Shown piece by piece: positions 9,903-20,224 of a DNA stretch of 64,000 bases; position 1 is the first letter of the stretch; each line of letters begins with the position of its first letter. A program made the translations under genes and the position numbers. Origin of the DNA: a virus; IMG/VR virus record IMGVR_UViG_3300020731_000011. One strand, 5' to 3'. The notes under the pieces were generated by a model. It was given only the letters and a program-made list of their open reading frames with translations, was not told where the DNA came from and made no database searches.

Positions 9903-12135
9903 TATAATTGCATTTGATACTGAAACAAACTCTCTAAATCCCAGAAAAGGTAAAATTATAGGATTCTCTATTACTGGAGAAAGGGATCATGGTTACTATA
10001 TGCCTACTATGATCCTTCAAGATGGTCTGCTTATAGACTCTAAGATAGAGGGTGTGCTATGCCATGATATAGCTAAGAGAATTATTGCACTATTAATTGA
10101 TAAAAAAATTATAGGGCATAACTTATCTTTCGATGCCAGATTCGTTAAGAATTTTTATGGAGTAGATCTTATTAATAGTATTCATGCAGATACTATACTT
10201 ATGGTGCATACTATTCAAGAAGAGGGTGTAAATTCAGAAAATGGAGGTGGGTCTTTTGCACTTAAAGAGGTGGCTAAAAGCATACAATCTGAAATTGGCA
10301 TTGATGTATCTAGTGAGGCTAATCAAGAGCAGATAGAACTTAAAGAGTCTATAAAAAGAAATGGGGGCAGTATTACAAAAGACAATTATGAGATTTGGAA
10401 AGCTGATCTTGATATACTCTCAAAATACGCCTGTGCTGACGTTGACTTAACTCTTAGGATATATGATTACTATCTTACTAAGATTGAAGAACAGGGTTTG
10501 ACTAATTTCTTTTTTAATGATGAGGTTATGCCTCTTTATAAAGAAGTAACTATACCTATGGAAGATAAGGGGGTAAAATTAGATATTGAACTCATTAAAT
10601 CTTCAAGAGAAAAGATAAATGTGGAGATGAGCAAGTATATAGATATAATTACTAAAGATCTACTATCAAAACAACAAGTTAAAACTTGGATATTAAATAA
10701 GGCTCAACAAGAGTGGCCAGTAAGTAATAAAGGCAAATTTGCTCAAGCTATTGCAGATTATTATAAATTACCACTTCCAAAATCTGAAAAAACTGGAAAA
10801 TATAATATTACAAGATCAAATCTAACTTTATTGCCCGCTTCACCAGCACAGAGATTTTTAATTGAAGGTCATGATTTTTTATTAGAAGATTCTGATATTC
10901 AAGCAATTAGTCTTAAACTATGGAAAGACGATAATGATGGACTATTTTTTAATATACAGTCTAAAGATCAAATGGGAGATATTGCATTCAATGCACTAGG
11001 TATAAAATCACTATCAAGTACACCAGGAGGCAAACCACAATTTGATGATGAACTTATTCAAAGTATTTCAGATAAATATGAATGGGCTAAAAATCTAAGG
11101 ATATATGGTAAGTTACTAAAAATAAGATCTACTTATATGGATAGATTCTTAGAAGCACATGAAGATGGTCGATATTTCTTTTATTATAAACAGCATGGCA
11201 CAGTCTCTGGAAGATATGGTTCAGACTCTCAGCAATTACCTAGACCTAAAGAAGAAGGCGATGATGATCCTATAGTAGTAGAATATACAAATCTAGTAAG
11301 AGCATTCTTTATTCCAGATACAGATAATAAATTTATAGATTGTGACTATGAGTCTCTTGAGCCACATGTATTCGCACATGTATCTGGAGATGATGGACTC
11401 AAGGACATCTTTAGGAATAACTGGGACTTCTACTCTACTATCGCAATAAAAACAGAAAAATTAGATCAATACTCCCCTGATAAAAAAGCAGAAAATTTCT
11501 TAAGAAAGCAGGCGCCAAAACTTAGAAATAAAGCCAAAGCCTATGCTCTAGGTATTCCTTATGGTATGGGAGCTTATGCACTTGGTATGAATCTAGGTAT
11601 ACCAGCAAAACAGGCACAAGTTTTAGTAGATGGTTATCTTAATGGATTTCCTGCACTAAAAGAGTGGATGGACAGATCTAAATATGATGCACAAAATCTA
11701 GGGTATGTAAAAACTCAAGTAGGTCGTATACGTCACTTAGACAAGGTTAAAAAGATACATGATACTCTAGGAGAGGCTATTACTGATTGGCAAGTTAGAC
11801 AATTATTAATTAAACAATACGGTAAAGATAAAGTTACTAAGCTGTATAGAGACTATATTAATGGTATTAATAATGCCAGAAATGTACAGATTCAGGGGTT
11901 ATCTGCATCTATAGTAAACCGTGCTGCCATTGCAATTAATAGACGACTCAAAGATTTAGGTATAAATGGCTGGGTATGTGCACAAATTCATGATCAGATT
12001 ATTACAGAAGTGCCAGCAAAAGATGCAGAAATCTGTGCTAAGATAGTACAAGATTGTATGGAAAATACTACTAAAATAAGCATAGATCTTAAAGCACCTC
12101 CAGCTATTGCCTACAATTGGAAAGATGGCCACTAA
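9826..12135 (+). CDS. polA: family A DNA polymerase with 3'-5' exonuclease domain
   Basis: FDTET, GHNLSFD, YACAD; motif A DYESLE, motif B RNKAKAYALGIPYG, motif C QIHDQI. Confidence 0.95.
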   Translation: MTQRQYLTVNTLASVKEMIAHIQKHDIIAFDTETNSLNPRKGKIIGFSITGERDHGYYMPTMILQDGLLIDSKIEGVLCHDIAKRIIALLIDKKIIGHNLSFDARFVKNFYGVDLINSIHADTILMVHTIQEEGVNSENGGGSFALKEVAKSIQSEIGIDVSSEANQEQIELKESIKRNGGSITKDNYEIWKADLDILSKYACADVDLTLRIYDYYLTKIEEQGLTNFFFNDEVMPLYKEVTIPMEDKGVKLDIELIKSSREKINVEMSKYIDIITKDLLSKQQVKTWILNKAQQEWPVSNKGKFAQAIADYYKLPLPKSEKTGKYNITRSNLTLLPASPAQRFLIEGHDFLLEDSDIQAISLKLWKDDNDGLFFNIQSKDQMGDIAFNALGIKSLSSTPGGKPQFDDELIQSISDKYEWAKNLRIYGKLLKIRSTYMDRFLEAHEDGRYFFYYKQHGTVSGRYGSDSQQLPRPKEEGDDDPIVVEYTNLVRAFFIPDTDNKFIDCDYESLEPHVFAHVSGDDGLKDIFRNNWDFYSTIAIKTEKLDQYSPDKKAENFLRKQAPKLRNKAKAYALGIPYGMGAYALGMNLGIPAKQAQVLVDGYLNGFPALKEWMDRSKYDAQNLGYVKTQVGRIRHLDKVKKIHDTLGEAITDWQVRQLLIKQYGKDKVTKLYRDYINGINNARNVQIQGLSASIVNRAAIAINRRLKDLGINGWVCAQIHDQIITEVPAKDAEICAKIVQDCMENTTKISIDLKAPPAIAYNWKDGH

Positions 12136-12220
12136 AATATAAATTTAGAGTATTTATTATAGAATTTCACACTTTAAAAATAAGTTTTTTAATATCAAAT
12201 CAATTTAATAATATACAGTT

Positions 12221-12499
12221 ATGAGATACATTCAAATAGACACAGAAGTTGAAGTAGATGTTTATGATATAATTGAATCAATGACAGGTCCAGAATTATT
12301 AGAATTTAGAGGCCTAATTGATGAAGAAATTAGAGGATATAATATCACTCAATCAAGTGATGTGATAGTAATGCCTCATATAGGGCATTTATCAGAACCT
12401 AGTACATTTATAAATGCCTGTTCAAAACTAGTTGAAAATAAATGGAGACTGAGTGTAGAAGATGAACACGTAATTTTAAAAATAGCAAACAAACTTTAA
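12221..12499 (+). CDS. hypothetical protein
   Basis: 92-aa ORF within the operon. Confidence 0.5.
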   Translation: MRYIQIDTEVEVDVYDIIESMTGPELLEFRGLIDEEIRGYNITQSSDVIVMPHIGHLSEPSTFINACSKLVENKWRLSVEDEHVILKIANKL

Positions 12500-12513
12500 T
12501 TAAATAAATCGTT

Positions 12514-12804
12514 ATGTCAAAATTAAAACCACTAAATGGTCATGTAGTACTGCGACCAGTAGAAACATCGGAAGAGATGGTAGGAAATATTATCCTTCCA
12601 GACATGGGCAAAGAGCGTCCAGAATCAGGTGAAGTAGTAGCAATCTCAAATGCTTGGAACTATCACACTGATAAAGAAGTCCCTTCAAATCTAAATGTAG
12701 GAGACATTGTACTTATTCCAAAACTTGGATCAATGTCAGTAAAACTAGAAGGACAAGATTATTATATAACAAGAGAAACAGAAATTTTAGCAATAATAAA
12801 TTAA
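12514..12804 (+). CDS. groES: co-chaperonin GroES
   Basis: LKPLNGHVV, GNIILPD, GEVVA, VGDIVL, E.EILA. Confidence 0.95.
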   Translation: MSKLKPLNGHVVLRPVETSEEMVGNIILPDMGKERPESGEVVAISNAWNYHTDKEVPSNLNVGDIVLIPKLGSMSVKLEGQDYYITRETEILAIIN

Positions 12805-12805
12805 T

Positions 12806-13015
12806 ATGAACAATCCAACACATTACATGGCATTTTATACAGAAACAAAATCTTCTAAAGATGAGAATGGTGTAGACGTAGTAAGTATGCAACTTAAACA
12901 TAAATACATTCCAGAGCATCTTAAAGATTTGTATATTGAGAATTTTAGTCATCTTGGATCATCAGTAACTGGTCAAGATATAGATAACTTTTTAAAATCA
13001 CACATCACAGAATAG
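12806..13015 (+). CDS. hypothetical protein
   Basis: 69-aa ORF. Confidence 0.45.
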   Translation: MNNPTHYMAFYTETKSSKDENGVDVVSMQLKHKYIPEHLKDLYIENFSHLGSSVTGQDIDNFLKSHITE

Positions 13016-13053
13016 TATACAATTTTATACAATTTTTCGTATATTTATTATAA

Positions 13054-13215
13054 ATGGAAAATCAACGCGCATCAATACAGATAGATAAAACTCTTCACAG
13101 CATTTTAAAAAAACACTGTAAGGCTAATTGTTTGATTCTTGGAGCATTAGTTGAAAAACTTATTAAAGATAAATTACAAAAAGATGGCTATAGTATACCA
13201 ACATCACAGGATTGA
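13054..13215 (+). CDS. small ribbon-helix-helix-like DNA-binding protein (not in ORF track)
   Basis: MENQRASIQIDKTLHSILKKHCKAN...LVEKLI, 53 aa; ATATTTAT box at 13040; overlaps the start of the endonuclease gene. Confidence 0.55.
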   Translation: MENQRASIQIDKTLHSILKKHCKANCLILGALVEKLIKDKLQKDGYSIPTSQD

Positions 13216-13798
13216 TACAAATCAGATATTTTATATAGGAATAGGTAAAAGTGAAAAGAGAGCTTTTGATAAAAAAAGTAGAGGAAAAACTTGGAGAGAT
13301 TATATAAAAAATCATGAATACGCTATAAAAATTTTATATAATAATATTTCTTGGGAAGAGGCTTGTGAGATAGAAAAGAAATTAATAAAAGAAATAGGTC
13401 GTAGAGATTTAGGATTAGGTCCATTAGTAAATCTTACAGATGGAGGAGATGGCGCTCCAAATTTATCTGAGGAATCTAGAGTTAAAATGGCTTCTCAAAA
13501 GGGAAAATTTGGAGAATTAAATTCCTTTTATGGCAAAAAACATTTTGGAGATTTATCTAGATTTGGAATTCAGAATAAAGGTAGAACTACTTGGATGAAG
13601 GGCAAAAAACATTCTGGAGATTTATCTAGATTTGGAATTCAGAATAAAGGCAGAATTTCTCATAATTCAAATTCTATTTGTATTAATAAAGACGGTAAAA
13701 ATAAGTATATTCAAAAACAAAATTTAGAAGACTATATCCATATTGGATGGTCTTTGGGTGGAAAAAGCAAATTAAAAAACAATCAAAATAGATTATGA
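13184..13798 (+). mobile_element. GIY-YIG-like homing endonuclease with NUMOD3-type repeats
   Basis: VYQH...FYIGIGK, EKKLI, NLTDGGDG; duplicated GKKHxGDLSRFGIQNKG; probable start ATG 13184. Confidence 0.75.
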
Positions 13799-15444
13799 GC
13801 GAAACAAAACATTTAATAGGGACAGAACTTAAAGAGCAACTTCTTGCTGGAATTAATAAACTCAATGATATAGTATCATCAACACTCGGTCCAGGAGGTC
13901 GCACAGTATTAATACGTGAACCTTATGGTGAAGTAAAAGCCACAAAAGACGGAGTAACTTGCTCAAAGGCCTTTAATAGACTTGAAAATGATATAGAAGA
14001 TCTTGGAGCACAGATGGTAAAACAAGTATCAATTAAATCAGCAAATGAGGCCGGTGATGGTACAACAACATCTACATTACTTGCAACAAAGATGATTCAA
14101 GGGGGAATGAAGACTATACGTCAAGGAGTTAATGCAGTAGAAGTTAAGCACGGTATTGATAAGACAGTCTCTATGATTATAGATCAACTTAAATCACTAT
14201 CAGTAGATGTCAGCACAGAAGATCAAATTAAACAAGTGGCAACTATCTCAGGTAATAATGATATTGAAGTAGGAGAGCTGATTTCTGCTGCTATAGATAA
14301 AGTTGGTCGTGAAGGTATTGTGACTATTGAAGAATCTAAGACCGGTGAAACTACTCTTGAAGTAGTTGAAGGTATGCAATTTGATCGTGGATATAAGAGT
14401 CCATATTTTGTGACTAATAATACCACAATGAATGCAGTACTAGATGATTGCTATATTATGCTCTATGATGGTCGTATTCAAACTGCAGCTGAGATGATTC
14501 CATTTCTACAGAAAGCAAATACTGAAAATAGATCACTTCTAGTAATTGCAGAAGACTTTGGAGATGAGGCACTCGCACTAATGATCGTAAATAAAATGCG
14601 AAATGTAGTAAAAGTATGTGCAGTAAAAGCACCAGACTTTGGAGATAGAAGAACTTTGATTCTTGAAGATATGGCAATTCTTACTGGAGGTACAGTAATG
14701 TCAAAAAGCAAAGGACATAAACTTGATAAACTCTCATCTTCAGAATTAGATAAATATCTAGGTAAATCACGTCTTGCCACAGTAGCTAAAGAGACTACTA
14801 CAATAGTAGATGGTAAAGGGGATGAGACAGCAATTTCTAATAGAGCAAATGAGATTAAAGAGCAGATAGAAAGTGCAACATCATTTTTTGAAAAAGAGAA
14901 ACTTCAAGAGCGTCTTGGTAAACTTGTAGGTGGAGTTGCTATTATAAATGTAGGTGGAAATTCTGAAATTGAGATCAAAGAAAAGAAAGACAGAGTAGAA
15001 GATGCACTTCTGGCGACTAAAGCCGCACTTGCAGAAGGTATACTTCCAGGCGGTGGTATTGCACTTATCAAAGCATTTATGTCTATAAAGAATAATACTA
15101 TAAATTGGAATTCAAATGAAAAGATTGCTCTTTCTATAGTAGAAACTGCCTGCTATGCGCCATTTAAAACAATTCTATCAAATTCAGGTATTGAGAATTG
15201 GTATGAAATTTTATATAATGTAAATTCTAAAGACGATGTATTTACAACATTTGATGCTAAAAATAGAGCAGTAGTAAATGGTATTGAAGCTGGTCTACTT
15301 GATCCTACAAAAGTAGTAATATCTTCTATAAAAAATGCAGCGAGTGTAGCTGGTACAATACTCACAGTAGATGCAGTGGTACTTGAAAAAAAATCAGATA
15401 AAGAGCAAGACACTCCAGATCCTATGATGGGCATGGGTATGTAA
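13795..15444 (+). CDS. groEL: chaperonin GroEL
   Basis: [42 protein letters not shown]-terminal MMGMGM. Confidence 0.97.
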   Translation: MSETKHLIGTELKEQLLAGINKLNDIVSSTLGPGGRTVLIREPYGEVKATKDGVTCSKAFNRLENDIEDLGAQMVKQVSIKSANEAGDGTTTSTLLATKMIQGGMKTIRQGVNAVEVKHGIDKTVSMIIDQLKSLSVDVSTEDQIKQVATISGNNDIEVGELISAAIDKVGREGIVTIEESKTGETTLEVVEGMQFDRGYKSPYFVTNNTTMNAVLDDCYIMLYDGRIQTAAEMIPFLQKANTENRSLLVIAEDFGDEALALMIVNKMRNVVKVCAVKAPDFGDRRTLILEDMAILTGGTVMSKSKGHKLDKLSSSELDKYLGKSRLATVAKETTTIVDGKGDETAISNRANEIKEQIESATSFFEKEKLQERLGKLVGGVAIINVGGNSEIEIKEKKDRVEDALLATKAALAEGILPGGGIALIKAFMSIKNNTINWNSNEKIALSIVETACYAPFKTILSNSGIENWYEILYNVNSKDDVFTTFDAKNRAVVNGIEAGLLDPTKVVISSIKNAASVAGTILTVDAVVLEKKSDKEQDTPDPMMGMGM

Positions 15445-15581
15445 TCTCTACTAAGGATATTATATAATTATTTGATTATAATTCAATTTTAAACCATAAT
15501 ATATGTAATAAAAGCTTTTATTTCTAGATATGGATTATAAAAGCTTTTATTATTATTTCTGCAAATAAAAAATAAAGATTT

Positions 15582-16505
15582 ATGAAAGCTGCATTAATAT
15601 CAATAATGAGTAATGTAGGAACTGGGATGAATTCTCAAGGATCTGGATATGGTCTCATATGCGCAAAAATGGTCAAAGATCAAAATCCACAAGATGTAAT
15701 AGATGTCAATCCAGATCCTAGTACTTGGAGTCAATATGAAAAACTTTATATATGTGAAGGTGTAAATTTTACTGATGGTAGTTTTAATATCCCAGGAGGA
15801 CCTCAGTCAATTCATACTGAGAAGATGCAGGCAATATCTGAATTTGAAGGCGAATTTGAATTTGTTAATAAAACTTTTGATTTTAGAAAATTTAACCAGA
15901 GGATAAAAGTCGATAGTCATAATTGGCCTATAAGCAGTGCTGTAGATTATTTTTCTAAACCAAATCCTAATATTGTAATAGGAGATTCACATTCTCTCTC
16001 AGTCTGGAGACCAGGGTACGCTCTTAGTTTTAATCCAGGTAAAACGCTATATGGTTGGCTTAAACATGCAAATGCACAAGCTATAAATGCAACTAGATCA
16101 GGTAATGTAGTACTTTACTTTGGAAATATTGATACCAGATTCCATCTAGCTCGTCAAGTAGATCCAATTACTGCCACAAAAGAATTATTTACAAAATATG
16201 TAAATTTTGCAAAAGAATTAAATAATCCTATACTAGTTCAATTACTTCCAATAGAACATGAATCTCGTAAAATACCAGGAACTGGATTATATAAAAAGCA
16301 ACCATTTTTTGGATCTAGACAGCAAAGAATGGAATTAAGACAAATAGCAAATGATATTATCGCTAATTCTGGACTTAAATTTATATCATGGCCAGATAGC
16401 TGGATTGATGATGATGGTACTGCGATGTTAGATATTTTAGAATCTAGGCAAAGTGTACATCTCAAACCTAAATATTATCCATACTTACAGGATATATTGT
16501 CTTAA
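15582..16505 (+). CDS. SGNH/GDSL hydrolase-fold protein with an unknown N-terminal domain
   Basis: IVIGDSHS (block I), LYFGNID (block III), SVHL (block V). Confidence 0.6.
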   Translation: MKAALISIMSNVGTGMNSQGSGYGLICAKMVKDQNPQDVIDVNPDPSTWSQYEKLYICEGVNFTDGSFNIPGGPQSIHTEKMQAISEFEGEFEFVNKTFDFRKFNQRIKVDSHNWPISSAVDYFSKPNPNIVIGDSHSLSVWRPGYALSFNPGKTLYGWLKHANAQAINATRSGNVVLYFGNIDTRFHLARQVDPITATKELFTKYVNFAKELNNPILVQLLPIEHESRKIPGTGLYKKQPFFGSRQQRMELRQIANDIIANSGLKFISWPDSWIDDDGTAMLDILESRQSVHLKPKYYPYLQDILS

Positions 16506-16531
16506 TAATAATAATATGATTAAATTCTATT

Positions 16532-16813
16532 ATGAGTAATATATTAGAACAAGCAAATAATATAGTTTTTAAAAGAGGTGAAGAGGGATCTAGACAATAT
16601 GGTCCTATGAAAGAGAGTATGGAAAAAGCCGCTCTATTAGCTTCTACTATGTGCAATAAAGAAATTACAGCAAAAGACATGTATCTTTGTATGGTAGCAT
16701 TAAAAATGTCTAGAGAATCTTATAGTAAAAAGTATGATAATATACTAGATGCTATATCTTATATGGCAGCAATGGTAGATCATTATAAAGAAGATTATAA
16801 TAAAACAAAATAA
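16532..16813 (+). CDS. DUF6378-like nucleotide-metabolism-associated protein
   Basis: ILEQA..IV...R.YG.....M...LKMSRE....KYDN.LD...Y pattern. Confidence 0.6.
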   Translation: MSNILEQANNIVFKRGEEGSRQYGPMKESMEKAALLASTMCNKEITAKDMYLCMVALKMSRESYSKKYDNILDAISYMAAMVDHYKEDYNKTK

Positions 16814-16816
16814 GAT

Positions 16817-17248
16817 ATGAAGATAATTAAAACAAGACCAGTAAAAACTCCAACCAGAGGCACTAATAAAAGTGCAGGTATAGACTTTTATATTCCAAAT
16901 GATTTTGAATGTACAATACTTAGACCAGGAGAAGATATTCTAATTCCATCAGGTATTAAAGCAAATATTCCTACTGGATATATGTTAATGGCAGCAAATA
17001 AAAGTGGAATAGCTACAAAAAATAAGCTCATTAAAGGAGCTGAAATAGTAGATGAGGATTATACCGGAGAAATTCATATTCACGTATTCAATGCAGGTAA
17101 AGCAAATGATATACTTGAAGCAGGTAAAAAAATTATTCAGTTTATACTCGTACCAGTAAATTATGAAGAAGTTGAAGTAGTAGATCAATTAGATTCTATA
17201 GAGACTCAAAGAGGTGAAAGTGGATTTGGAAGTACTGGAATTAACTAA
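16817..17248 (+). CDS. dut: trimeric dUTPase
   Basis: SAGIDF, KSG, IVDEDYTGEI, IIQFIL, RGESGFGSTG. Confidence 0.92.
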   Translation: MKIIKTRPVKTPTRGTNKSAGIDFYIPNDFECTILRPGEDILIPSGIKANIPTGYMLMAANKSGIATKNKLIKGAEIVDEDYTGEIHIHVFNAGKANDILEAGKKIIQFILVPVNYEEVEVVDQLDSIETQRGESGFGSTGIN

Positions 17249-17266
17249 AAAAATAAAATAAAGGTT

Positions 17267-17668
17267 GTGTCAAAATTAGATAAAGTTTATCTTAATATTG
17301 CAAAAGAGATAGCCACCCTTTCTCATTGTGAGAGAAATAAAGTAGGTGCACTTTTAATAAAAGATGGAAATATTATAGCATTTGGGTATAATGGTACTCC
17401 TTCTGGAATGGATAATTGCTGTGAAAGAGACAATATTACACTCCCGTATGTTGTACATGCTGAAATGAATGCTATTCTTAAAGCTGCAAAATCAGGATAT
17501 TCAATAAATAATGCCATTTTATATTTGACTCTTAGTCCTTGTATTGAATGTGCAAAATTAATATTACAATCTGGAATAAAAAGAGTACTATATCTAGAGC
17601 AGTATAGAAAAACTGATGGTATAGATTTTTTAAAACAATTTATAGAAATTTCCAAATATGAGATTTAA
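17267..17668 (+). CDS. dCMP deaminase
   Basis: GYNGTPSG, HAEMNA, SPCIECAK. Confidence 0.92.
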   Translation: MSKLDKVYLNIAKEIATLSHCERNKVGALLIKDGNIIAFGYNGTPSGMDNCCERDNITLPYVVHAEMNAILKAAKSGYSINNAILYLTLSPCIECAKLILQSGIKRVLYLEQYRKTDGIDFLKQFIEISKYEI

Positions 17669-19460
17669 AAACGCAAATGAAGCATTTAAAAGTCTTTACT
17701 TAGATATAATGTCTACGGGGGTAGATTTTGCTAGTACTAAAGCAAAATTTAATGCCTCTTTTACTTTAGATAATCCAATGCAGATGATTATCACAGAACC
17801 AGAACGTAAGTTTAATGTAGACTATGCAGAATATGAGTGGCATTGGTATTTAACAGGAAATAGAGACGCATCTGAAATTTCTGAACGTGCTAAGATATGG
17901 AAGAACATGATGATTCCAGGCACTACAGAAGTGAATAGTAATTATGGATTTTTTTGGAATAAAAATGGACAGTTAGATCGTGCTATCCAGGAGCTCAAGA
18001 GCAACCCGAATACAAGAAGAGCGATAGTAGTTCATTACGATATAAATGAGCTAGACAGATATGCCTCAGACACTCCATGTAATGTTGTATTAAACTTCAC
18101 AATAGTTGATGGTCGACTTAATCTTACAGTATTCGCAAGAAGTATTGATTTATGGCTGGGATTCTGCAATGATCAATATACTTTTGCAAAGCTTATGAGT
18201 AAGATTTGTTTTGATACAAATACTTCAATGGGTGAAATGCATTGGTTTATTACAAATCTCCATATCTATAAGAGACATTATGATAAGATCAAACCTCAAA
18301 CTAGCTATATGAAATTCTCTGATATTCCAGATATGGAAACTACAGTATCTCAAAGCTATGTATCATTTAAAAATGAAGAGACTCAAGAATATCAATGTAA
18401 AATAGAAGATAATATATCAGTAGAGCAAGAGGAGTCTAAAGGATCTCAGAGTGTATATAAACTTGAAGATACAGAAAAAATTACAAAGAAGAGTGTGATA
18501 TTAAATGAACAGGGATTTAATCCAATAGCTCTAGAATGTCTTGACTATTATATAGATATTAATCGAAAGACAGAAAAAGTTTTTATAGATACTAAGAAAA
18601 GAGAATTTAATACTGGAGATAAATATATAGATAATGTAAATTTATTTCATAATATTGATAGAAGATATGAGGGCTTTATATTCTTGCTTGAAGATTATTT
18701 TATGCAAGAAAATTCACTCACTTGGGATCTATATAAACCAGTAGCAAATCCTAATTGGGGAATTTATGATTATCTCTTCTTGATCTACTCACATAGAATA
18801 TTTGGATCAGGTACTTCAAATCAATATAATCATGGATATAATAATACTATATTATTGAATTTCCAAAGATTTAATTCTTATGAAGATTTTTATCCTTTTA
18901 TGAAAGCAGATACTGGAAATTTTGTAAGCTGCTGTGTAAATCAACCTCCACGTTATCCACTAAAAGATCTAGTAATAAATCATTTTAGACCTTGGGCAGA
19001 TCATATTATTGATAAAATAAAACCAGGTACTAGTCTTGATGGTATAGTAGATATAATGAATGAGTATAATAGAGATAATAAACTCCATGCATTTAATTTC
19101 CACTATCTTTTAATGGCGGGAGATCTTGCAAATTATGTAAATCTTGACACTAAACTAAATGGTCTATTTGAAATAAATGAGTGGACACACTGTAAATTAG
19201 GTCCTACTGCTACAGCCTCAATGAAAATACTAAAGCCTGGATTTAAATATGGGGATTTTATAAAATTAGCAGAGAGATATAATATGAAACCTATGGATTT
19301 AGAGGATTTGTTATGTGTTTTTTTAAAATATATAAAAAACCCAATTTGGGAATATTATGTAAAGCCGCATCATACTATGAGTGATTTTGAAAATGGTTGG
19401 AATATACCAGGAGTAGAAAAGCATAAATCATACTATAAACATAAATTAAATTTTCAATAA
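17658..19460 (+). CDS. thymidylate-synthase-family (T4 gp42-like hydroxymethylase) domain fused to a helical DNA-glycosylase-like domain
   Basis: N-terminal YAEYEWHWY, EVNSNYG, ELKSNPNTRRA, DTPCN, RSIDLWLGFCND, NLHIYKRHY; C-terminal NLFHNIDR, LMAGDL, LGPTA, DLEDLLCVFLKY. Confidence 0.75.
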   Translation: MRFKNANEAFKSLYLDIMSTGVDFASTKAKFNASFTLDNPMQMIITEPERKFNVDYAEYEWHWYLTGNRDASEISERAKIWKNMMIPGTTEVNSNYGFFWNKNGQLDRAIQELKSNPNTRRAIVVHYDINELDRYASDTPCNVVLNFTIVDGRLNLTVFARSIDLWLGFCNDQYTFAKLMSKICFDTNTSMGEMHWFITNLHIYKRHYDKIKPQTSYMKFSDIPDMETTVSQSYVSFKNEETQEYQCKIEDNISVEQEESKGSQSVYKLEDTEKITKKSVILNEQGFNPIALECLDYYIDINRKTEKVFIDTKKREFNTGDKYIDNVNLFHNIDRRYEGFIFLLEDYFMQENSLTWDLYKPVANPNWGIYDYLFLIYSHRIFGSGTSNQYNHGYNNTILLNFQRFNSYEDFYPFMKADTGNFVSCCVNQPPRYPLKDLVINHFRPWADHIIDKIKPGTSLDGIVDIMNEYNRDNKLHAFNFHYLLMAGDLANYVNLDTKLNGLFEINEWTHCKLGPTATASMKILKPGFKYGDFIKLAERYNMKPMDLEDLLCVFLKYIKNPIWEYYVKPHHTMSDFENGWNIPGVEKHKSYYKHKLNFQ

Positions 19461-19462
19461 GA

Positions 19463-19930
19463 ATGTATGCAAAATCAGTAGAATACAAGAATAAGGAATT
19501 AGGTACATTAGGAGAAAAGATCATAGCAAACTACTTTAACTCAAGAGGTATAATTACAATACTATCTGAAAATCCATTTGATCATGAAAAGGATATGACT
19601 ATAGATGGAAAAAATGTAGAAGTAAAAACTCTAGTACCTATGATTAAAGATAAATCTTTTATGATTAAAAGAAATCAATTAAATAAGATTAGAAATAGTT
19701 ATAGAACTTATTTTATTGCAGTACCTCTTAATAAATTAAATAATCCATATTCTGGAAAAGTGTATGAACTAGATCCTACTAATATGATTACTCAGGATAG
19801 TTTAATAGAACACTTAGTTACTAATAATACATGTATTCCTATAGATCAAGAGGCTATAAAGCATATTCATACTATAACAAATCAGAATACTTTAGATTAT
19901 ATGAAAAATCTTTCAACATCAAACTTTTAA
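19463..19930 (+). CDS. PD-(D/E)XK endonuclease
   Basis: LGEKI...D....VEVKT. Confidence 0.6.
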   Translation: MYAKSVEYKNKELGTLGEKIIANYFNSRGIITILSENPFDHEKDMTIDGKNVEVKTLVPMIKDKSFMIKRNQLNKIRNSYRTYFIAVPLNKLNNPYSGKVYELDPTNMITQDSLIEHLVTNNTCIPIDQEAIKHIHTITNQNTLDYMKNLSTSNF

Positions 19931-19936
19931 TATAAA

Positions 19937-20188
19937 ATGAGAAGCGTACTTTATTTTTCAACACAGACATGTACACCTTGTAAAATGTTTAAACCACTAG
20001 TACAATCTACTGCACTAGAACTAGGCATTAATGTAAATTATATAGATGCACAACAAAATCCATCTATGGCCCAAGCACATTCAGTTACATCAGTACCCAC
20101 AATCGTAGTAATGGAAAATGGCATAACAGTAAATAAGGCAGTAGGTGCAATGTCTAAACCTCAATTAATTAATCTACTTAAAGGATAA
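19937..20188 (+). CDS. thioredoxin
   Basis: CTPC, VTSVPT. Confidence 0.85.
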   Translation: MRSVLYFSTQTCTPCKMFKPLVQSTALELGINVNYIDAQQNPSMAQAHSVTSVPTIVVMENGITVNKAVGAMSKPQLINLLKG

Positions 20189-20224
20189 ATTTAAATTTAA
20201 TAACATTTATAATCATATTATATT

